Source: Desulfomonilia bacterium (GTDB taxonomy: Bacteria > Desulfobacterota > Desulfomonilia > UBA1062). From it: a stretch of 64,000 bases of DNA. Shown here piece by piece: positions 51,306-61,011 of the stretch. Each line of letters opens with the position of its first letter. Position 1 is the first letter of the stretch. The stretch covers positions 480,001 through 544,000 of the forward strand of contig CAXXDQ010000004.1 in NCBI GenBank assembly GCA_963664325.2, read 5' to 3'. The notes under the pieces are model-generated. The model was not told where the DNA came from and searched no databases. It saw nothing but the letters and a program-made list of their open reading frames with translations. A program made the translations under genes and the position numbers.

Positions 51306-51962
51306 ATGATAGAATACGATGAACTTGACAGGAGAATGGTACTAAAGCTGGTGTATTACGGCCCGGCCCTGTCTGGAAAAACCACAAACCTGCTGAAACT
51401 TCACGACCTTCTTTCTTCCGAGGGGCGCGGGGATCTCATGGTGCTGGATACAAAAGATGACCGCACCATCTTTTTTGACCTTCTGCCATTTTTCCTTGTC
51501 GCCCCAAGCGGCCTGAAGATAAAGCTGAAGGTCTACACCGTACCCGGACAGGTCAAGCATGACGCAACAAGGAAAGCGGTTCTGCAAAGGTGTGACGGGG
51601 TCGCTTTTATTGCTGACTCGCAGACAGCCGAAGAGACCAACAATTCATCAAGTTTTGAAAACCTTGAGAAAAACCTGTCCCTGGTGGGGCTGGATATAGA
51701 TAGTATTCCGCTCATAGTGCAGTTCAATAAAAGGGACCTTCCGGGCATAATCCCGGAATCGGACATAAGGCGCATATGGGGGCCGACAGGCATCCCCGTA
51801 TACATGGCATCCGCATTGAACGGCCCAGGGGTTGTCGAGACGTACAAGGCCCTCCTTGAAAAAACATATGATAATGTTGATTCGAAGTATTCTTTAGGCA
51901 GAGAGCACGGCCTAGGCAAAGAAGAGTTCGTAACAAAACTTACAAGAGTGGAGGCGTGCTGA
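51306..51962 (+). CDS. MglA-like small GTPase
   Basis: K.VYYGP.LSGKTTNL, RT.FFD.LP, YTVPGQV, Q.NKRDL, ASA. Confidence 0.9.
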   Translation: MIEYDELDRRMVLKLVYYGPALSGKTTNLLKLHDLLSSEGRGDLMVLDTKDDRTIFFDLLPFFLVAPSGLKIKLKVYTVPGQVKHDATRKAVLQRCDGVAFIADSQTAEETNNSSSFENLEKNLSLVGLDIDSIPLIVQFNKRDLPGIIPESDIRRIWGPTGIPVYMASALNGPGVVETYKALLEKTYDNVDSKYSLGREHGLGKEEFVTKLTRVEAC

Positions 51963-51963
51963 G

Positions 51964-53232
51964 GTGGTGGTAAATGACAACAAGGAACACCTTGCCTTTA
52001 TTGTGGGCGAGGAAAGACGCTTCAAGGATATTATCCATGAAGCGGAAGTGCTGCCCATGCTTGAAGGTGCAGTTAAGGCTGGTGCCAGCCTGGCCCTTAT
52101 AAGGGATGATTCAGGGGAAGTCCTCTGGTCAGTCGGTGATTCGGCAGGAGTGCTCAAAGAAAGCCATAATATAGTTCTCGAAGGTGAACCAGTTGCGAAG
52201 CTAGAGATTCACGGCACTGACGGTACGGATATAAAGGGTATTACAAAGCTCCTGCGCCATTCCATCAATACGCTTATAAAAACAAACCTTAAGCGGATGC
52301 TTACTTCCGAGATACATACAACAATCATCAACCACTCCTATGACGAGCTTTTGAATATTAACAGGGAGCTATCTGCTTCAGAACAAAAATACAGGGAGCT
52401 GGCCGAAAGTCTCGAAGAAAAAGTAAAGGAACGTACCGAGGAACTCAGGCAGGCGCACTCCATTATGCTTCAACATGAAAAAATGGCATCCATAGGTTCG
52501 CTTGCAGCAGGGATTGCACATGAGATAAACAATCCGATGGGATTTATTTCAAGCAATCTGAGGACACTGTTCGCCTACTTCTCAAAGGCAAAAGATATGC
52601 TCGGATACTACAGAAGCGTTGTCTCTTCAGTACCCGACCTCATGAAAACAACGCAGGAAAAGTGGCGGCAGCTGAAACTTGATTTTGTGCTTGAGGATTC
52701 CGACAACCTTATCAACGAAAGTCTTAGCGGTGCCGAAAGAATAACCGTTATTGTAAAAAATCTGAGGGCTGTTTCGCATATCGATGATACTGAGACAGGG
52801 ATAATGGATATCAATTCGGAAATCGACAATATCATCATCCTTCTTACCCATGAGACACCTCCCGGAACTAAATTTATAAAAAATTATTCAATGATACCAG
52901 GGCTTCAATGCAAACTGGCCCTTCTGTCCCAGGCATTTTTAAATATACTGCTCAATGCCCTGCAATGCAGGCTGAATGATCTCGAAGTCACAATAACCAC
53001 ATCCTCGGACGGGGAATCTATATTTGTAACGATTGCCGATAATGGTCCCGGGATTCCTGAAGATATCAAAACCCGCGTATTCGAACCGTTCTTTACTACA
53101 AAAGAGGTCGGCAAAGGAAAGGGGCTTGGATTGACCACAGCATATGATGCCATCACCTCTCATAACGGCTCTATAGAGGTTGAAAATAAAAATGGTGCTA
53201 ATTTTTTAATAAAACTGCCGATAAGGGAATAA
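51964..53232 (+). CDS. Sensor histidine kinase
   Basis: [28 protein letters not shown]. Confidence 0.92.
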   Translation: MVVNDNKEHLAFIVGEERRFKDIIHEAEVLPMLEGAVKAGASLALIRDDSGEVLWSVGDSAGVLKESHNIVLEGEPVAKLEIHGTDGTDIKGITKLLRHSINTLIKTNLKRMLTSEIHTTIINHSYDELLNINRELSASEQKYRELAESLEEKVKERTEELRQAHSIMLQHEKMASIGSLAAGIAHEINNPMGFISSNLRTLFAYFSKAKDMLGYYRSVVSSVPDLMKTTQEKWRQLKLDFVLEDSDNLINESLSGAERITVIVKNLRAVSHIDDTETGIMDINSEIDNIIILLTHETPPGTKFIKNYSMIPGLQCKLALLSQAFLNILLNALQCRLNDLEVTITTSSDGESIFVTIADNGPGIPEDIKTRVFEPFFTTKEVGKGKGLGLTTAYDAITSHNGSIEVENKNGANFLIKLPIRE

Positions 53233-53233
53233 T

Positions 53234-55645
53234 ATGGCGAAGTATTCAAGACTTTTTAAACAGGGACTACCTGAGCAGGTAGAAAATCAGGAAGAACTTC
53301 AGCCGGAGGCTGAAGCAAACGAAAGGTTTACCCTGCTCTTTGTAGACGACGAGGAGAATGTCCTCAAGGCATTGAAACGGGTTTTCCTGGAGGAAAACTA
53401 CAACCTCTTTTTTGCAGACAACGCAGACCAGGCCCTTGAGCTGATCGACAGGGAGGGTATCCAGCTTGTCATTTCGGACTTCAAAATGCCGGGCATGAAC
53501 GGGGTAGATCTTCTCAGGGAAATAAAAAAGAGAAGACCCGAAATAATCAGGATAATGCTGACAGGCCATGCGGATGTGCAGGCGGTAATGGGGGCCGTTA
53601 ATGAAGGAGCGGTGTATAAGTTCATTACCAAACCCTGGAGCGACGAGGATCTGAGGCTGTCGGTAAGCCTTGCGCTGCAGCAGTATGTCCTAGTGAAAGA
53701 GAACAAGATTTTAAAGGAAATCACAAAAAAACAGCAGATCAAGATAAAGAACTTCTCGGCACTGTATGACAAGGACAGAAAATCGCTTGGAAACATTTTA
53801 ATCAAGCAGGGCGTATTAAAGGCTGAAGACCTGGTAACGGCGCAAAAGGAAAAAAAGGACGATGAATTTATAATCGAAACAATCATCAGGCTGGGCATAG
53901 CGACTGATGCGAAGATAATCAAAGCCCTGCAAAGCCATCTGGGTATTGAGTTTATAGATATCAAGGAAACGCACATTAATCCCGGGATAGTCCGCTCGCT
54001 TCCAAAGGATTTCTGTGAACGCAGCAGGTTTATACCTGTAAGGCTTGAAGGAAACAACCTGACCGTTGCCATGGCTGACCCGTCAGATATTTTCTTAAGG
54101 GATAATATTGAATTCCTTACCGGATTAAAGGTATCCCCGCTGATAGCAGGGAGCGCCGACATCCTGAAGGCAATCAGGCAGTCCTATGGAGAAACGGAAA
54201 ACGGTCAGGATGATGATATTGATGTCATGACCGGAATCGAGCCGATGGACGAGATTGATATTGTCATAGATAATGACGATGAAAATATCAATGTTCAGGA
54301 ATTGCTTAACTCTTCGGAAGTTCCGCCGATTATCCGGGTTGTCAACGCAATCATATCGGAAGCGATCAGGTACAAGGCAAGCGATATTCACATAGAACCC
54401 AAAACAAAGTTTACACTTATCCGTTACAGGATAGACGGCATCCTGCACGCCAAGATCAAGCTGCCCATAGACTACCATGCATCGACGATCTCGAGAATCA
54501 AGATACTGTCGAAAATGGATATTTCGGAACGCCGCAAACCCCAGGACGGCAGATTTACGGTTAAATCGGGAACAAGGCTGGTTGATTTAAGGGTTTCAAC
54601 GCTGCCTACTATAAACGGTGAAAAAGCAACATTAAGAATCCTGGATAAAAGCGCTTCCATCAGACAGCTTCAAGACCTTGGCATAATACAGGATGATCTT
54701 GACAGAATCCATAACCTCATGCAAAGGCCCCAGGGAATAATCATTGCAACCGGGCCGACCGGAAGCGGCAAGACCACCCTTCTCTACTCAATACTCAACA
54801 CCATGATGATGCCCACCAAGAATTTTGAAACAATCGAAGACCCTGTGGAATACTTTCTTGAAGATGCAAACCAGGTCTATATCAAAGACAAGTTGGGCCT
54901 TTCTTTTGCCAATGTCCTTCGTTCAACGATGAGGCAGGACCCCGATGTGATACTGGTTGGCGAGATACGTGACCTTGAAACCGCCGATGTCGTTTTCAAA
55001 GCAGGTATGACCGGCCATATGGTCCTGACGACATTGCATACAAACAGCTCTGTCGCTTCCATTACAAGGCTTATTGACCTGGGTGTAAAACCTTACCTGA
55101 TATCGTCTACACTTGAAGGTATAGTTGCACAGAGGCTTGTAAGAAAGATATGCCGGTATTGTAAAGAAGAGGTTGAACCCGATACCGAGATGCTAAGGCT
55201 TTTAAACCTTACAAAAAAACAGGTAGGGGAAAAAGTATTCAGAGGCAGGGGATGCCAGCAGTGTAGCAACTCGGGCTATGGCGGCCGGGTAGGACTTTTT
55301 GAGATATTCACCATGAATGACGATTTCAGACACATCATAAGCAGCAACTACAAAGAGTCGGAAGTCTTGAGCCTTGCAACATCAACAGGCATGTACACAC
55401 TGATGGACGCTGGAATAGCAAAAGTAAAATCCGGTGACACGACCCTTGAAGAACTGATCCGCGTGCTTGGACCGCAGACCAGAAACGAATACAAATGCCC
55501 GTCCTGCAATGCCATGATAGATATGAAGTACCTTTTCTGCCCCTATTGCGGCAACTTCAAACACAATGTCTGCAAGGTATGTAAACTTCCATTGGAAGAG
55601 GAATGGGTTAAATGCCCGTTTTGCGGAGGACACAAGGACAAGTAA
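53234..55645 (+). CDS. REC-fused GspE/PilB family ATPase with an MshEN-like region and C-terminal double zinc ribbon
   Basis: REC; RKSLGNILIKQG; ASDIHIEP; GPTGSGKTT; RQDPDVILVGEIRD; tetracysteine; CPSC/CPYCG/CKVC/CPFCG. Confidence 0.92.
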   Translation: MAKYSRLFKQGLPEQVENQEELQPEAEANERFTLLFVDDEENVLKALKRVFLEENYNLFFADNADQALELIDREGIQLVISDFKMPGMNGVDLLREIKKRRPEIIRIMLTGHADVQAVMGAVNEGAVYKFITKPWSDEDLRLSVSLALQQYVLVKENKILKEITKKQQIKIKNFSALYDKDRKSLGNILIKQGVLKAEDLVTAQKEKKDDEFIIETIIRLGIATDAKIIKALQSHLGIEFIDIKETHINPGIVRSLPKDFCERSRFIPVRLEGNNLTVAMADPSDIFLRDNIEFLTGLKVSPLIAGSADILKAIRQSYGETENGQDDDIDVMTGIEPMDEIDIVIDNDDENINVQELLNSSEVPPIIRVVNAIISEAIRYKASDIHIEPKTKFTLIRYRIDGILHAKIKLPIDYHASTISRIKILSKMDISERRKPQDGRFTVKSGTRLVDLRVSTLPTINGEKATLRILDKSASIRQLQDLGIIQDDLDRIHNLMQRPQGIIIATGPTGSGKTTLLYSILNTMMMPTKNFETIEDPVEYFLEDANQVYIKDKLGLSFANVLRSTMRQDPDVILVGEIRDLETADVVFKAGMTGHMVLTTLHTNSSVASITRLIDLGVKPYLISSTLEGIVAQRLVRKICRYCKEEVEPDTEMLRLLNLTKKQVGEKVFRGRGCQQCSNSGYGGRVGLFEIFTMNDDFRHIISSNYKESEVLSLATSTGMYTLMDAGIAKVKSGDTTLEELIRVLGPQTRNEYKCPSCNAMIDMKYLFCPYCGNFKHNVCKVCKLPLEEEWVKCPFCGGHKDK

Positions 55646-55782
55646 TATTTTTGGGGATTGTCATTGTTGTCGGGATTCATTAGAAGGATATCAGAATGAG
55701 CGTGGGTTTTGCAGCGCATAGAGCTTGCAGAACCGTTTTTACACCTGATTGTTAATTTTAAATCCAGATAAGGGATTTCCGG

Positions 55783-56640
55783 ATGTCCGAAGATAAAAAA
55801 GATTCTACCGGCAAGAAAAACAGAAAAGGGGCAGACCTTCGTTCGATAAAAACACCCAAACCGTTTTTACAGGTGATTGAAGGAATGAGGGATGCATCGC
55901 TTCCGAGGAATGCTGCTGAAAAGGCCCAGGAACTGATTTACGAGGCATGGGATGCAGACACATATGCCAAGAGGGTAGCGCTTGCTGAAAAAGCCATTGA
56001 AATATATCCTGACTGTGCCGATGCCTATGTCATGCTGGCCGAAGAGACGGCAGACCATCTCTTTGAGGCCATCGAGCTTTACCGGAAAGGGGTGGAAGCC
56101 GGTTCCCGAACAATAGGAAAAAAGCACTTTGATGAGATAGCTGGCCACTTCTGGGCCTATATCGAAACCAGGCCTTATATGAGGGCGAAGGCCGGACTGG
56201 CAGGATGCCTTTGGGAAGGCGGCCATTTTGACGAGGCCTTAAAGCATTACAGGGAGATGCTCCAGTTAAACCCCTCAGACAATCAGGGCATACGTTACAT
56301 AATTGCGGGTTGTCTCTTGTATCTCGGATTAGATGAAGAGCTTGAAGCTCTGCTGGGTAAATATGATGAGGTTTCATGTGAATGGCTTTATACAAAGTCC
56401 CTTTCGGCCTTCAAGAAGCGGGGGGATTCCATAGATTCACTCGGATTGCTCAGAAATGCTATCAAGGCAAATATGTTTGTTCCAATTTATCTGCTCGGCA
56501 GAAAGGAAATGCCTGAAATTCTTCCGGACATGTACAGTTTCGGGAGCGAGGATGAGGCCGTAGTTTATGTGGAAAGAAACGGCAGTATATGGAGAAAGAT
56601 CAAAGGTTCGCTGAACTGGCTGGCTAACCATTCAAAATAG
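55783..56640 (+). CDS. TPR-containing hypothetical protein
   Basis: AQ.LIY.AW...A.EI.PDCADAY; FW...ETRPYMRA; LNP.DNQG.RY. Confidence 0.8.
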   Translation: MSEDKKDSTGKKNRKGADLRSIKTPKPFLQVIEGMRDASLPRNAAEKAQELIYEAWDADTYAKRVALAEKAIEIYPDCADAYVMLAEETADHLFEAIELYRKGVEAGSRTIGKKHFDEIAGHFWAYIETRPYMRAKAGLAGCLWEGGHFDEALKHYREMLQLNPSDNQGIRYIIAGCLLYLGLDEELEALLGKYDEVSCEWLYTKSLSAFKKRGDSIDSLGLLRNAIKANMFVPIYLLGRKEMPEILPDMYSFGSEDEAVVYVERNGSIWRKIKGSLNWLANHSK

Positions 56641-56663
56641 TCGAACAATAGAGACATATAACG

Positions 56664-57497
56664 ATGTCAACTTACATAATGCGGATTGACTGTCGGGATC
56701 GGAAGGGAATAATCCATGCCGTTACCGGTGTACTTCTCAAACACGGTTTTAACATCACCCAGAACGGGGAATTCGTCGACAGGGAACGCAAGCACTTTTT
56801 CATGCGTACGGAATTTACCGGCGTCAATCCCGCTACATTATCAACGGACATGCCGGACGCACTGCCCCGTGATGCCAATATTGAAATTACCGAGGCCAGA
56901 AGAAAAGATATAGTGGTGCTTGCCACAAAAGAACCGCATTGCCTCGGGGACCTTCTCATCAGACATGCCTTTGGAGAGATGAATGCAAGGATCAAGGCGG
57001 TTCTAAGCAATCAGGAAAGGCTTAGGCAGCTGGTGGAGAGTTTCGATATACCATATTTTTTTGTTCCGCATGAAGGTGTTTCCAGGGACGAACATGAAGG
57101 GCAGGTAGCCGCTTTAATCGACAAATTTGCACCAGACCATATAGTCCTGGCAAAGTACATGAGGGTTTTTACACCCGCGTTCGTTACGAGATATAAAAAC
57201 AGGATAGTCAATATACACCATTCTTTCCTGCCGGCATTCACCGGATCAAATCCGTATACCCAGGCTTATGAAAGAGGAGTGAAGATAATCGGCGCGACAG
57301 CACACTTCATTACAAATGACCTTGATGAGGGTCCAATTATTACGCAGGACGTCATACATGTAGACCACTCATACGGACCCGAAGAAATGCGACAGGCGGG
57401 AAGGGATGTCGAAAAGGTCGTCCTGGCAAGGGCCTTAAAGCTTGTATTTGAGAACAGGGTTTTTATAAACGGCAATAAGACGGTTATATTTGAGTAA
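56664..57497 (+). CDS. purU: Formyltetrahydrofolate deformylase
   Basis: ACT domain, KE.HCL.DLL, LAKYM, NIHHSFLPAF.G..PY, LDEGPII. Confidence 0.96.
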   Translation: MSTYIMRIDCRDRKGIIHAVTGVLLKHGFNITQNGEFVDRERKHFFMRTEFTGVNPATLSTDMPDALPRDANIEITEARRKDIVVLATKEPHCLGDLLIRHAFGEMNARIKAVLSNQERLRQLVESFDIPYFFVPHEGVSRDEHEGQVAALIDKFAPDHIVLAKYMRVFTPAFVTRYKNRIVNIHHSFLPAFTGSNPYTQAYERGVKIIGATAHFITNDLDEGPIITQDVIHVDHSYGPEEMRQAGRDVEKVVLARALKLVFENRVFINGNKTVIFE

Positions 57498-58128
57498 AGA
57501 GCCAGGGCCAGAGATACGGGTAAAGCCATATGCCGATATTGGCTGCCACGTGAAAGATATAACATGCCCAGATGCTGCCTCTCCATTCATATATGAATCC
57601 GAACATTAACCCGCCTGCAAGCTGGACAAACGACAGGCTGCCGTGCACCGATGCGAAAAAAACGGATGATAGGGCAATGGCCGCAAATGCCGGAACATAC
57701 TGTCTGGCCAGTGACTGAACCAGGCCGCGGAAAAAAAGCTCTTCAACGAACGGACCGATGAGGCAGCCCACAAAGAAGAACAGAAATGGATTACTCACAT
57801 GCTGTTTTTTCAGGAGAATACGCAGAATCCCTCCATGCATGATAAGCCTTGAGACAAGATCAGCTGAGAGCACAAATATGCCGAATATGGCTATGCAGCC
57901 AATCCCGACAAGAATCTCTTTTTTTGCAGATCTCGTTTTTATGCCTGACCCGTCAAAGGCTATAGCAATGATTATCGCAGTTTGAGCTAACCGGGCTATC
58001 AGGGTATAGAGAAAGGGGTTAATGCCGATATGCCCGTATAGAAGTCTCATGGCTACTTCGATTATTGAGACTCCCATGATAGCAGTTATTCTCCCGTTCA
58101 TTTGTTGCTTATATATCAATAAAGGCAT
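57484..58128 (-). CDS. CPBP (CAAX/Abi) family intramembrane metalloprotease
   Basis: EE.FFRG, FA..H, H...N motifs. Confidence 0.88.
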   Translation of the reverse strand: MPLLIYKQQMNGRITAIMGVSIIEVAMRLLYGHIGINPFLYTLIARLAQTAIIIAIAFDGSGIKTRSAKKEILVGIGCIAIFGIFVLSADLVSRLIMHGGILRILLKKQHVSNPFLFFFVGCLIGPFVEELFFRGLVQSLARQYVPAFAAIALSSVFFASVHGSLSFVQLAGGLMFGFIYEWRGSIWACYIFHVAANIGIWLYPYLWPWLFTQI

Positions 58129-58366
58129 TCATTGCCAGCCTGAGATAAGATGAACTCTGAGAGCTTTAAGGCAGAAGGCCGGGTCTTTATATATTGATGT
58201 CATGCATAAGCCCTCAATGGTGTCAAGTTGCCGGTCAAATGGACCTGACACCCCGCAGTACGCCAGAGAGCAATTAAATACCCATTAAACACTTTAATAT
58301 TAAATATTTATGCTAATGCTTTTCCCGATCCTTCCGATACAGATTATAGGATCGAGGGAGGATAAA

Positions 58367-58684
58367 ATGATCAGAATGCTAAAAATATCAGTGGGAATGG
58401 TTATTGTAATATTGTTTGCAGCCCCCTCTTTTGCTGACGAGAATTCCCCGCTTCAAATACAGATGGTCAGTTATCCTTATGAAAGTGATGCCGGCAGCGG
58501 CTCTCAGGTTGCACCGGGAAAAAGTTTCGAGCTGAATCTTAATGGTCCGATTATTAAAAACAGGGAAGCCGAACGTATAAATATGATGTCGGAACGCAAA
58601 CAGAAAAACAGAGAGTTATACAGGTATACGGAAATACCAAGTGACCATATGCATGCCGTGCAGCAGGGCTATGTCCCCTGGTGA
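58367..58684 (+). CDS. Exported hypothetical protein
   Basis: GGAGG RBS; signal peptide ending SFA. Confidence 0.65.
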   Translation: MIRMLKISVGMVIVILFAAPSFADENSPLQIQMVSYPYESDAGSGSQVAPGKSFELNLNGPIIKNREAERINMMSERKQKNRELYRYTEIPSDHMHAVQQGYVPW

Positions 58685-58773
58685 GCTGTTTGTGCGCCCG
58701 GATGACCGGGTGCCATTACATGAATTGCCATAAAATGCTTCAGTTCTTGAGCCCGGTATTGAATATTAAGTTT

Positions 58774-59187
58774 CTACTCTGATCTCGGAAATTCCGAAGC
58801 ATACTTTTCTATCCATTCTTCCGCAGCCTTTTCTGCACTGATTATACGGCCTTCCCTGTGCTGAACATCCCTCCTGTAATGTTCAATCTGGCATATCTGT
58901 TCAACCATGCGGGCGCGGTATTCCGTATCGCTGTCAAAAAAATTCACGCCCACATCGTATCCGTCATCTGTTTTGTTGCACCATGCCACTCTGCCTTTTG
59001 CCCTGAATGCAGGCTTTATTATGGGAATGCTGAGCATAAGCTCCATTCCTTCTTTCAGAGAGACAGATGATCTGAAACAGAGGCCCCCCACGGAAACATT
59101 TGTCAGGTTGTTAATACCTATCGTTTTTGAGTCCCTGATGCGGTATTTTATCGGGATATCCGTCGGATGGCGTATAAATTCTCTCAT
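58774..59187 (-). CDS. PilZ domain protein
   Basis: R.FIRHP, NVSVGGL, GRV.W...Y.VGV.F. Confidence 0.88.
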   Translation of the reverse strand: MREFIRHPTDIPIKYRIRDSKTIGINNLTNVSVGGLCFRSSVSLKEGMELMLSIPIIKPAFRAKGRVAWCNKTDDGYDVGVNFFDSDTEYRARMVEQICQIEHYRRDVQHREGRIISAEKAAEEWIEKYASEFPRSE

Positions 59188-59354
59188 TTATACCTCCGCT
59201 GTATTCTGGATTGTATATTGAAATAATAACACCCTGTGACGAATATTCAAGAAAGCGTCTGATTCTGGAAAAAATATTTTATGCTGGCTTTTGGAAATCT
59301 GCTGCTTATATTTATTTTTTATAGAAATGTTTGCTTATATGAGGAGGATATTCG

Positions 59355-60779
59355 ATGCCTATTGTCGCTATGGTAGTCTTGCTTGGTTTGTTCACATTAT
59401 TGACAGGCTGCCCCAAGGATGACGGTTATATCGCTACCTGGCCGCAGGACCCTGTCGAATCCAGGGATTATGATGAAACAGGACCGGCCGGTTCTTTGCG
59501 GCTGAAGGCCCAGGAATACGATGCATGGCATCTCAAATGGCATCAGCCCTATTACGGGGGGTCTGTTCACATACGTTTCAAGGACGATGCGAGGACAGAA
59601 GTTGAGGCTGTTGACGGTTACGGCGACAGCACGATCTGGACAGGGACATATCTCGGAAGCCAGGCCTTCAGATATTATGTGACAGCAGACCCGCAGGCCA
59701 GGTCTAACGTGATACGCATTGTCAACACCCTGTCAGGCCATCTGCGGGTAACCGGAGCCGCCGGGTATATTTCAAGGTACTGGGCACCTCAGGATTCCCT
59801 CGGGTATTACGGTGATGAATGGTGCAGCCAATCGGACAGATGCCACAAGGTTGATACAGGACCCTTTGCGGGTGACTTCTGGTGGGGGCAGACCAGCAGG
59901 GATCAATACACGGGCTGGTTCTTCGGCATGGCGCTTGCCTATGACCTCCTCGATGATGAAGCCATGCGCTCAATCATCCGTGAGGATGTCGGGACTGTTG
60001 TGAAGACTCTTATGAAGAATGGGTGGATAATCATTGCCGAAGATGGAAAGCCAAGCCCGGTTGCGCCGGTTATACTGCCAAGCATGAAGCTCAATTTCTG
60101 CACTATCGGGTATCATATAACGGGCGATGAGACCATGAAGGAAGAGCTAAGCAGGATGCTTCTCAATGCCAACAGGGTAAATATCAGGGTGTCAGATATA
60201 AATTTTATGAACCGCTACACCCAGTACTACGGCAACAATCTTGCCCACACAAACTGGTACAATCTTTTGAGGTTGGGCAGGGTTTATTTCAGTGAAGACG
60301 ATTACAAATGGCTTTTAAGCGAGTTCAACAACTCCGTGCACACCTATACAAGGCTTACCCACAACCCCTGGTTCAACGGGATCTACATGGGACAGGGAGG
60401 GTGGAAGGATAAACCCGATGTCAGGTACTTCAATCAGCTTGTGCACGACCTCCTTGATTTTCGCAGTGTGCCGAATTGTGATTACTACCTGCCTGCCAGG
60501 GACCCATCGACCTATACTCTTGACCCTGTCTCCGTTATGCTTGCAAAGCTTTATGACAAGCAGCCCTGGCTTGAAGAGATAATGGGAGGTGTGGAGGCGC
60601 AGGCAGAAGATGCCTTTCCTGTCAGACAACAGTGCTCGGCGGGGTTCATGTTTCAGAAGAATCCTTTCGAGATCCAGGAGTGCGGTACGGACAACCCCAG
60701 GATGGTGCATTCGGGTGTGGATTATCTTGCGGCATACTGGCTTGCCAGCTATCACAAACTTGTTTCAATAGACATGTAG
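59355..60779 (+). CDS. Hypothetical lipoprotein (possible alpha/alpha-toroid enzyme)
   Basis: Lipobox LTGC; D..IWTG.Y, TSRDQY.G..FG, G.DYL.AYW; function unknown. Confidence 0.7.
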   Translation: MPIVAMVVLLGLFTLLTGCPKDDGYIATWPQDPVESRDYDETGPAGSLRLKAQEYDAWHLKWHQPYYGGSVHIRFKDDARTEVEAVDGYGDSTIWTGTYLGSQAFRYYVTADPQARSNVIRIVNTLSGHLRVTGAAGYISRYWAPQDSLGYYGDEWCSQSDRCHKVDTGPFAGDFWWGQTSRDQYTGWFFGMALAYDLLDDEAMRSIIREDVGTVVKTLMKNGWIIIAEDGKPSPVAPVILPSMKLNFCTIGYHITGDETMKEELSRMLLNANRVNIRVSDINFMNRYTQYYGNNLAHTNWYNLLRLGRVYFSEDDYKWLLSEFNNSVHTYTRLTHNPWFNGIYMGQGGWKDKPDVRYFNQLVHDLLDFRSVPNCDYYLPARDPSTYTLDPVSVMLAKLYDKQPWLEEIMGGVEAQAEDAFPVRQQCSAGFMFQKNPFEIQECGTDNPRMVHSGVDYLAAYWLASYHKLVSIDM

Positions 60780-61011
60780 TAGGTTGGAGTAGGCCTATAG
60801 GTCTGCTTTTTGTGGTTGCTCATATTTTTTATGATTCGGATGCCCAAAGATGGCGGGTATGTAGCACCATGGCTGCAAAATCCGGCTGAGGTCAGAGACT
60901 GTGATAAAAGGATTGCCGGCGGGCGGATGAGTCATAAGGCCGTTGAATATGACGAAAGGCATGCCAAGTGGCATCAGTCATACTAACGTATATGTCTGCA
61001 AATTTATTGGT

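Noticed and set aside
57484-58128. CPBP 'Abi' protease as a phage-defence gene
   Set aside because: The family name is historical; it sits among housekeeping genes with no defence context.
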